DNA of 64,000 nt, from positions 66,706,862 to 66,770,861 of the forward strand of contig NC_090399.1 in the NCBI RefSeq assembly GCF_036365525.1. The letters run 5' to 3'. Made by a program: the position numbers and the translations under genes. Positions within the stretch are counted from its first letter, which is position 1. Each line of letters starts with the position of its first letter. Under the pieces are notes generated by a model. It had not been told where the DNA came from. It saw nothing but the letters and a program-made list of their open reading frames with translations, and made no database searches. Origin of the DNA: Heterodontus francisci (lineage: Eukaryota). Of the stretch, positions 12,001 through 21,300 are shown piece after piece.

Positions 12001-14558
12001 TACACAGAGCTGGGTGCAGGGTGGGGATTCGGTTGGGATTTATTTGAATGTCTGGTTCAGTCTCTATTCTAACCCTGTCTCTGTGTTTCAGTCTCTCACT
12101 GTGTCTAGACCCCGAGTACTGGGAGAGACAGACACAGATACACAGAGCTGGGTGCAGGGTGGGGATTGTGTTGGATTTATTTCTATGTCTGGTTCAGTCT
12201 CTATTCTAACCCTGTCTCTGTGTTTCAGTCTCTCACTGTGTCTAGACACCGAGTACTGGGAGAGACAGACACTGATACACAGAGCTGGGTGCAGGGTGGG
12301 GATTGTGTTGGATTTATTTCTATGTCTGGTTCAGTCTCTATTCTAACCCTGTCTCTGTGTTTCAGTCTCTCACTGTGTCTAGACCCCGAGTACTGGGAGA
12401 GACAGACACTGATACACAGAGCTGGGTGCAGGGTGGGGATTGTGTTGGATTTATTTCTATGTCTGGTTCATTCTCTATTCTAACCCTGTCTCTGTGTTTC
12501 AGTCTCTCACTCTGTCCAGACCCCGAGTACTGGGAGAGACAGACACAGATACACAGAGCTGGGTGCAGGGTGGGGATTGTGTTGGATTTATTTCTATGTC
12601 TGGTTCAGTCTCTATTCTAACCCTGTCTCTGTGTTTCAGTCTCTCACTCTGTCCAGACCCCGAGTACTGGGAGAGACAGACACTGATACACAGAGCTGGG
12701 TGCAGGGTGGGGATTGTGTTGGATTTATTTCTGTGTCTGGTTCAGTCTCTATTCTAACCCTGTCTCTGTGTTTCAGTCTCTCACTGTGTCTAGACCCCGA
12801 GTACTGGGAGAGACAGACACTGATACACAGAGCTGGGTGCAGGGTGGGGATTGTGTTGGATTTATTTCTGTGTCTGGTTCAGTCTCTATTCTAACCCTGT
12901 CTCTGTGTTTCAGTCTCTCACTGTGTCTAGACCCCGAGTACTGGGAGAGACAGACACAGATACACAGAGCTGGGTGCAGGGTGGGGATTGTGTTGGGATT
13001 TATTTGAATGTCTGGTTCAGTCTCTATTCTAACCCTGTCTCTGTGTTTCATTCTCTCACTGTGTCTAGACCCCGAGTACTGGGAGAGACAGACACAGATA
13101 CACGGAGCTGGGTGCAGGGTGGGGATTGTGTTGGATTTATTTCTATGTCTGGTTCAGTCTCGATTCTAACCCTGTCTCTGTGTTTCATTCTCTCACTGTG
13201 TCTAGACCCCGAGTACTGGGAGAGACAGACACAGATACACAGAGCTGGGTGCAGGGTGGGGATTGTGTTGGGATTTATTTGAATGTCTGGTTCAGTCTCT
13301 ATTCTTACCCTGTCTCTGTGTTTCATTCTCTCACTGTGTCCAGACCCCGAGTACTGGGAGAGACAGACACAGATACACAGAGCTGGGTGCAGGGTGGGGA
13401 TTGTGTTGGATTTATTTCTGTGTCTGGTTCAGTCTCTATTCTAACCCTGTCTCTGTGTTTCAGTCTCTCACTGTGTCTAGACCCCGAGTACTGGGAGTGA
13501 CAGACACTGATACACAGAGCTGGGTGCAGGGTGGGGATTGTGTTGGATTTATTTCTGTGTCTGTTTCAGTCTGTATTCTAACCCTGTCTCTGTGTTTCAG
13601 TCTCTCACTGTGTTTAGACCCCGAGTACTGGGAGAGACAGACACAGATACACAGAGCTGAGTGAAGGGTGGGGATTGTGTTGGATTTATTTCTGTGTCTG
13701 GTTCAGTCTCTATTCTAACCCTGTCTCTGTGTTTCAGTCTCTCACTGTGTCTAGACCCCGAGTACTGGGAGAGACAGACACAGATACACAGAGCTGGGTG
13801 CAGGGTGGGGATTGTGTTGGGATTTATTTCTGTGTCTGGTTCAGTCTCTATTCTCACCCTGTCTCTGTGTTTCACTCTCTCACTGTGTCTTGACCCCGAG
13901 TACTGGGAGAGACAGACACAGATACACAGAGCTGGGTGCAGGGTGGGGATTGTGTTGGATTTATTTCTATGTCTGGTTCAGTCTCTATTCTAACCCTGTC
14001 TCTGTGTTTCAGTCTCTCACTGTGTCTAGACCCCGAGTACTGGGAGAGACAGACACTGATACACAGAGCTGGGTGCAGGGTGGGGATTGTGTTGGATTTA
14101 TTTCTGTGTCTGGTTCAGTCTCTATTCTAACCCTGTCTCTGTGTTTCAGTCTGTCACTGTGTCTAGACCCCGAGTACTGGGAGAGACAGACACTGATACA
14201 CAGAGCTGGGTGCAGGGTGGGGATTGTGTTGGATTTATTTCTATGTCTGGTTCAGTCTCTATTCTAACCCTGTCTCTGTGTTTCAGTCTCTCACTGTGTC
14301 CAGACCCCGAGTACTGGGAGAGACACACAGATACACAGAGCTGGGTGCAGGGTGGGGATTGTGTTGGATTTATTTCTGTGTCTGGTTCAGTCTCTATTCT
14401 AACCCTGTCTCTGTGTTTCAGTCTCTCACTGTGTCTAGACCCCGAGTACTGGGAGAGACAGACACTGATACACAGAGCTGGGTGCAGGGTGGGGATTGTG
14501 TTGGATTTATTTCTAAGTCTGGTTCAGTCTCTATTCTAACCCTGTCTCTGTGTTTCAG
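1..14558 (+). repeat. 137-bp tandem satellite (about 106 copies in the window, continuing past the left edge), filling the intron upstream of the alpha1 exon
   Basis: Unit: ctaaccctgtctctgtgtttcagtctctcact(c/g)tgtc(c/t)agaccccgagtactgggagagacagacacagatacacagagctgggtgcagggtggggattgtgttggatttatttct(g/a)tgtctggttcagtctctatt. ORF starts recur every 137 nt (e.g. 8459, 8596, 8733, 8870). There are 138-bp and 135-bp indel variants. Confidence 0.98.
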
Positions 14559-14819
14559 ACTCTCACTCTCTGCGGTATTTTCACACCTCAACGACCCCGA
14601 TTCCCGGTCTCCCGGAGTTTGTGACTGTTGGTTATGTGGATGAGCTACAGATTGATCACTATGACAGTGATCTGAAGAAGGCTGTCCCTCGGCAGAGCTG
14701 GATGGCGGAGAGTCAGGGCCTTGATTACTGGGAGGAGGAGACACAGAAACGCTGGTTTTGGGAGGAGGACGGGAAGGTCAATATTCGTAACGTCATGAAG
14801 CAGAGCAACCAGTCTACCG
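14559..14819 (+). CDS. UAA: MHC class I heavy chain, alpha1-domain exon (phase 1-1, 261 nt): (D)SHSLRYFHTSTTPIPGLPEFVTVGYVDELQIDHYDSDLKKAVPRQSWMAESQGLDYWEEETQKRWFWEEDGKVNIRNVMKQSNQST
   Basis: Acceptor ctaaccctgtctctgtgtttcag|AC at 14558/14559 and donor G|GTGAGT at 14819/14820. Class I alpha1 motifs SHSLRYF, PEFV.VGYVD, YDSD, PRQ.W and YWE, plus the N86 sequon NQS. The UAA assignment rests on remembered similarity to nurse shark Gici-UAA, not on a search. Confidence 0.96.
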
Positions 14820-14968
14820 GTGAGTGTCTCTCAGTATACCCGGGATCAGATCTGGGAATGGGGGGGGTGCGGTGTGGATGGGGATCGGGAATCAGATCTG
14901 GGAATGGGGGATGTGGATGGGGATTGAATGATCCAGTGATCTGGGATGTGAAACTCTCTCATTAACAG
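14820..14968 (+). other. Short GT-AG intron (149 bp) between the alpha1 and alpha2 exons
   Basis: Begins GTGAGT and ends ttaacAG. Splicing joins the two exons in frame (ST-G-IHT). Confidence 0.95.
14842..14925 (+). repeat. Two-copy imperfect direct repeat (~40-45 bp) in the short intron
   Basis: gggatcagatctgggaatggggg...tgtggatggggatc is followed by gggaatcagatctgggaatgggggatgtggatggggatt. Confidence 0.8.
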
Positions 14969-15241
14969 GGATACACACCTGGCAGATGATGTGCGGCTGT
15001 GAACTGCGGGATGACGGCAGCACCGAGGGGTTTACCCAGTTTGGCTGGGACGGGAAAGACCTGATCAGCTTCGACAAGGAGAATATGGTGTGGGTGACCC
15101 CGGTCAGCTGGGGAGAGATCACCAAGAACAAGTGGGATCAGAACAAGGCCAGGAACCAGTATTGGAAGGGTTACCTGGAGGGAATCTGCATAGAGTGGCT
15201 GAAGAATTACCTGAAGCTGGGAGAAAAAGAACTGAGACCCG
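14969..15241 (+). CDS. UAA: MHC class I alpha2-domain exon (phase 1-1, 273 nt): (G)IHTWQMMCGCELRDDGSTEGFTQFGWDGKDLISFDKENMVWVTPVSWGEITKNKWDQNKARNQYWKGYLEGICIEWLKNYLKLGEKELRP
   Basis: Acceptor ctctctcattaacag|GG at 14968/14969 and donor G|GTGAGT at 15241/15242. Conserved disulfide Cys pair (GC..; ICIEW) and motifs HT.Q, DG.D, TK.KW, YLEG.C.EWL..Y. In frame with the alpha1 exon. Confidence 0.97.
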
Positions 15242-15319
15242 GTGAGTGAGAGTGAGGAGAATGAGTGAGGATGAGTGAATGAGGGAAGGGACAGTGACTG
15301 AGGAGGAGACAGTGGAGGT

Positions 15320-18300
15320 GAGTGAGGGGGAACTGAAAGAGAGGGAACGAGTGAGGGGGGATCTGAGAGCGAGAGAATGAGTGGGGAAGGAACAGAGAGC
15401 AAGCGAAGGAGTGAGGGGGGACCTGAGAGTGAGTAAACGAGTGAGGGAGGAACTGACAGCGAGTGAATAAGCGAGGAGGAACTGAGAGCGAGGGAGTGAG
15501 TGAGGGGGGAACCTGAGAGCGAGGGAACAAGATAGGGAGGAACTGAGAGTGAGTGAACAAGTGAGGGGGGAACTGAGTGTGAGTGAACAAGTGAGGGAGG
15601 AACTGAGAGCGAGTAACCAAGTAAGGAGGAACTGAGAGCGAGTGAACGAGTGAGGGGGGAACTGAGAGTGAGGGAACGAGTGAGGGAGGAACTGACAGCG
15701 AGTGAACAAGTGAGGAGGAACTGAGAGCGAGTGAACGAGTGAGGGGGGAACTGACAGTGAGGGAACGAGTGAGGGAGGAACTGACAGCGAGTGAACAAGT
15801 GAGGAGGAACTGAGAGCGAGGGAGTGAGTGAGGGAGGAACTGAGAGTGAGTGAACGAGTGAGGGAGGAACTGAGAGCGAGTGAACAAGTGAGGGAGAAAC
15901 TGAGAGTGAGTGAACAAGTGAGGGAGGAACTCAGAGCGAGTGAACAAGTAAGGAGGAACTGAGAGCGAGGGAGTGAGTGAGGGGGGACCTGAGAGCGAGG
16001 GAACAAGTGAGGAGGAACTGAGAGTGAGTGAACAAGTGAGGGAGGAACTGAGAGCGAGTGAACAAGTAAGGAGGAACTGAGATCGAGTGAACGAGTAAGG
16101 GAGGAACTGAGCGCGAGGGAGTGAGTGAGGGGGGACCTGAGAGCGAGGGAACAAGTGAGGAGGAACTGAGAGTGAGTGAACGAGTGAGGGAGGAACTGAG
16201 AGCGAGTGAACGAGTGAGGGAGGAACTGAGGGCGAGGGAACAAGTGAGGAGGAACTGAGAGTGAGTGAACGAGTGAGGGAGGAACTGACAGCGAGTGAAC
16301 AAGTGAGGAGGATCAGAGAGCGAGTGAACGAGTGAACGAGTGAGGGGGGACCTAAGAGTGAGGGAGGAACTGAGAGTGAGTGAACAAGTGAGGGGGACCT
16401 GAGAGCGAGGGAACAAGTGAGGAGGAACTGAAAGCGAGGGAACGAGTGAGGGAGGAACTGAGAGCGAGTGAACCAGTGAGGAGGAACTGAGAGTGAGTGA
16501 ACGAGTGAGGGAGGAACTGAGAGCGAGTGAACAAGTGAGGAGGAACTGAGAGTGAGTGAACGAGTGAGGGAGGAACTGAGAGCGAGTGAACGAGTGAGGG
16601 GGGAACTGAGAGTGAGGGAACGAGTGAGGGCGGAACTGAGAGCGAGTGATCGAGTGAGGGGGGAACTGAGTGAGGGAACGAGTGAGGGAGGAACTGAGAG
16701 CGATTGAACGAGTGTGGGGGGAACTGAGAGTGAGTGAACGAGTGAGGGGGGGCACTGAGAGTGAGGGAACGAGTGATGAAGGAACTGAGAGCGAGTGAAC
16801 GTGTGAGGGGGGAACTGAGAGTGAGTGAACGAGTGAGGGGGGAACTGAGAGTGAGGGAACGTGTGAGGGAGGAACTGAGAGCGAGTGAACGAGTGAGGGG
16901 GGAACTGAGAGTGAGAGAATGAGGAAGGGGGAACTGAGAGTGAGGGATCAAGTGAGGGGGGAACTGAGAGTCAGGGAACGAGTGAGGGAGGAACTGAGAG
17001 CATGTGAAGGGGGGAACTGAGAGTGAGTGAACGAGTGAGGGGGGAACTGAGAGTGAGGGAACGAGTGAGGGAGGAACTGAGAGCGAGTGAACGAGTGTGG
17101 GGGGAACTGAGAGCGAGGGAACGAGTGTGGGGGGAACTGAGAGCGAGTGAACGAGTGAGGGAGGAACTGAGAGCGAGTGAACGAGTGAGGGGGGAACTGA
17201 GAGTGAGGGAACGAGTGAGGGAGGAACTGAGAGCGAGTGAACGAGTGAGGGGGGAACTGAGTGAGGCAACGAGTGAGGGAGGAACTGAAAGCGAGTGACC
17301 GAGTGTGGGGGGCACTGAGAGTGAGGGAATGAGTGAGGGAGGAACTGAGAGTGAGCGAACGAGTGAGGGGAAAACTGAGAGTGAGTGAACGAGTGAGGGG
17401 GGAACTGAGAGTGAGCGAACGAGGAAGGGGAGAACTGAGAGTGAGGGAACGAGTGAGGGGGGAACTGAGAGTGAGTAAACGAGTGAGGGGGGAACTGAGA
17501 GTAAGTAAATGAGTGAGGGGGAAATGAGAGTGGGAGAACGAGTGAGGGGGGAACTGAGAGCAAGTGAGGTGGGAACTGAGAGTGAGTGAACGAGTGAGGG
17601 AGGAATTGAGTGAGAGCGAATGGTTGAGGGAGGAACTGAGAGAGAGCGAACGAGTGAGGGGGGGAACTGAGAGTGAGGGAACGAGTGAGGGAGGAACTGA
17701 GAGCAAGTGAACGAGCGAGGGGGGAACTGAGAGTGAGGGAACAAGTGAGGGGGGAACTGGGAGTGCGTGAACGAGTGAGGGGGGAACTGGGAGTGAGTGA
17801 ACGAGTGAGGGGGGAACTGAGAGTGAGTGAACGAGTGAGGGGGGAACTGAGAGAAAGGGAATGAGTGAGGGAGGAATTGAGAGTGAGTGAACGAGTGAGG
17901 GGGGAACTGAGAGTGAGTGAACGAGTGAGGGGGGAACTGAGAGTGAGTGAACAAGTGAGGGGGGAACTGAGAGCGATTGAACGAGTGAGGGGGGAACTGA
18001 GAGTGCGCGAAAGAGTGAGGGGGGAACTGAGAGTGAGCGAACGAGTGAAGGTGGAACTGAGAGTGAGTGAACCAGTGAGGGGGGAACTGAGAGTGATTGA
18101 CGAGTGAGGGGGGAACTGAGAGAGAGGGAACGAGTGAGGGGGGAACTGAGAGCGAGTGAACGAGTGAGGGGGGAACTGAGAGCGAGGGAGTGAGTGAGGG
18201 AGGAACTGAGAGTGAGTGAACGAGTGAGGGAGGAACTGAGAGCGAGTGAACAAGTGAGGGAGAAACTGAGAGTGAGTGAACAAGTGAGGGAGGAACTCAG

Positions 18301-21300
18301 AGCGAGTGAACAAGTAAGGAGGAACTGAGAGCGAGGGAGTGAGTGAGGGGGGACCTGAGAGCGAGGGAACAAGTGAGGAGGAACTGAGAGTGAGTGAACA
18401 AGTGAGGGAGGAACTGAGAGCGAGTGAACAAGTAAGGAGGAACTGAGATCGAGTGAACGAGTAAGGGAGGAACTGAGCGCGAGGGAGTGAGTGAGGGGGG
18501 ACCTGAGAGCGAGGGAACAAGTGAGGAGGAACTGAGAGTGAGTGAACGAGTGAGGGAGGAACTGAGAGCGAGTGAACGAGTGAGGGAGGAACTGAGGGCG
18601 AGGGAACAAGTGAGGAGGAACTGAGAGTGAGTGAACGAGTGAGGGAGGAACTGACAGCGAGTGAACAAGTGAGGAGGATCAGAGAGCGAGTGAACGAGTG
18701 AACGAGTGAGGGGGGACCTAAGAGTGAGGGAGGAACTGAGAGTGAGTGAACAAGTGAGGGGGACCTGAGAGCGAGGGAACAAGTGAGGAGGAACTGAGAG
18801 TGAGTGAACGAGTGAGGGAGGAACTGAGAGCGAGTGAACAAGTGAGGAGGAACTGAGAGTGAGTGAACGAGTGAGGGAGGAACTGAGAGCGAGTGAACGA
18901 GTGAGGGGGGAACTGAGAGTGAGGGAACGAGTGAGGGCGGAACTGAGAGCGAGTGATCGAGTGAGGGGGGAACTGAGTGAGGGAACGAGTGAGGGAGGAA
19001 CTGAGAGCGATTGAACGAGTGTGGGGGGAACTGAGAGTGAGTGAACGAGTGAGGGGGGGCATTGAGAGTGAGGGAACGAGTGATGAAGGAACTGAGAGCG
19101 AGTGAACGTGTGAGGGGGGAACTGAGAGTGAGTGAACGAGTGAGGGGGGAACTGAGAGTGAGGGAACGTGTGAGGGAGGAACTGAGAGCGAGTGAACGAG
19201 TGAGGGGGGAACTGAGAGTGAGAGAATGAGGAAGGGGGAACTGAGAGTGAGGGATCAAGTGAGGGGGGAACTGAGAGTCAGGGAACGAGTGAGGGGGGAA
19301 CTGAGAGCATGTGAAGGGGGGAACTGAGAGTGAGTGAACGAGTGAGGGGGGAACTGAGAGTGAGGGAACGAGTGAGGGAGGAACTGAGAGCGAGTGAACG
19401 AGTGTGGGGGGAACTGAGAGCGAGGGAACGAGTGTGGGGGGAACTGAGAGCGAGTGAACGAGTGAGGGAGGAACTGAGAGCGAGTGAACGAGTGAGGGGG
19501 GAACTGAGAGTGAGGGAACGAGTGAGGGAGGAACTGAGAGCGAGTGAACGAGTGAGGGGGGAACTGAGTGAGGCAACGAGTGAGGGAGGAACTGAAAGCG
19601 AGTGACCGAGTGTGGGGGGCACTGAGAGTGAGGGAATGAGTGAGGGAGGAACTGAGAGTGAGCGAACGAGTGAGGGGAAAACTGAGAGTGAGTGAACGAG
19701 TGAGGGGGGAACTGAGAGTGAGCGAACGAGGAAGGGGAGAACTGAGAGTGAGGGAACGAGTGAGGGGGGAACTGAGAGTGAGTAAACGAGTGAGGGGGGA
19801 ACTGAGAGTGAGGGAATGAGTGAGGGAGGAACTGAGAGTGAGCGAACGAGTGAGGGGAAAACTGAGAGTGAGTGAACGAGTGAGGGGGGAACTGAGAGTG
19901 AGCGAACGAGGAAGGGGAGAACTGAGAGTGAGGGAACGAGTGAGGGGGGAACTGAGAGTGAGTAAACGAGTGAGGGGGGAACTGAGAGTAAGTAAATGAG
20001 TGAGGGGGAAATGAGAGTGGGAGAACGAGTGAGGGGGGAACTGAGAGCAAGTGAGGTGGGAACTGAGAGTGAGTGAACGAGTGAGGGAGGAATTGAGTGA
20101 GAGCGAATGGTTGAGGGAGGAACTGAGAGAGAGCGAACGAGTGAGGGGGGGAACTGAGAGTGAGGGAACGAGTGAGGGAGGAACTGAGAGCAAGTGAACG
20201 AGCGAGGGGGGAACTGAGAGTGAGGGAACAAGTGAGGGGGGAACTGGGAGTGCGTGAACGAGTGAGGGGGGAACTGGGAGTGAGTGAACGAGTGAGGGGG
20301 GAACTGAGAGTGAGTGAACGAGTGAGGGGGGAACTGAGAGAAAGGGAATGAGTGAGGGAGGAATTGAGAGTGAGTGAACGAGTGAGGGGGGAACTGAGAG
20401 TGAGTGAACGAGTGAGGGGGGAACTGAGAGTGAGTGAACAAGTGAGGGGGGAACTGAGAGCGATTGAACGAGTGAGGGGGGAACTGAGAGTACGCGAAAG
20501 AGTGAGGGGGGAACTGAGAGTGAGCGAACGAGTGAAGGTGGAACTGAGAGTGAGTGAACCAGTGAGGGGGGAACTGAGAGTGATTGACGAGTGAGGGGGG
20601 AACTGAGAGAGAGGGAACGAGTGAGGGGGGAACTGAGAGCGAGTGAACGAGTGAGGGGGGAACTGAGAGCGAGGGAACGAGTTAGGGGGAACTGAGAGTG
20701 AGGGAACGAGTGAGGGGGGAACTCAGAGTGAGGGAACGAGTGAGGTGGGAACTGAGAGTGAGGGTACGAGTGAGGGGGAAACTGAGAGCGAGGGAACGAG
20801 TGTAGGTGGAACTGAGAGTGAGTGAACGAGTGAGGGGGGAACTGAGAGCGAGAGAGGGGGGAACTGAGAGAGAGGGAAGGAGTGAGGGTGGAACTGGGAG
20901 TGAGAGAACGAGTGAGGGTGGAACTGAGAGAAAGACAACGAGTGAGGGGGAAACTGAGCGTGAGCGAGTGGAGGGGGAACTCAGAGTGAGCGAGTGAGGG
21001 GGTACAGAGCATGAGCGAGTGGGGGGGGGAACTGATTGTGAGCGAGTGGGGGGGGGAACTGAGAGTGAGAGAGTGGCGGGGGAACTGAGAGTGAGCGAGT
21101 GAGGGGGGAACTGAGAGTGAGAGAGTGGCGGGGGAACTGAGAGTCAGTGAGTGGGGGGGAACTGAGAGTGAGCGAGTGGGGGGGAACTGAGAGTGAGCGA
21201 GTGGGGGGGAACTGAGAGTGAGCGAGTGGAGGGGGAACAGATCGTGAGCGAGTGGAGGGGGAACTGATCGTGAGCGAGTGGGGGGGAACTGAGAGTCAGT

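Noticed and set aside
10-14643. Dozens of ~105-aa ORFs (MCWIYF..., ...PEYWERQTQ...)
   Set aside because: They are frame-cycling translations of the 137-bp unit, mostly with non-ATG starts, and are not genes. Only the alpha1-like fragment is informative, and it is reported above.
14621-14965. ORF-track calls 14621-14965, 14986-15249 and 38566-38931 as stand-alone genes
   Set aside because: These are the three class I exons with wrong boundaries: internal starts and read-through into introns.
14559-16920. Complementarity between tctctcactct (137-bp unit) and agagtgagaga (30-bp variants), suggesting long-range pairing that loops out alpha1-alpha2
   Set aside because: The match is only ~10 nt of low-complexity CT/AG sequence and is expected by chance.
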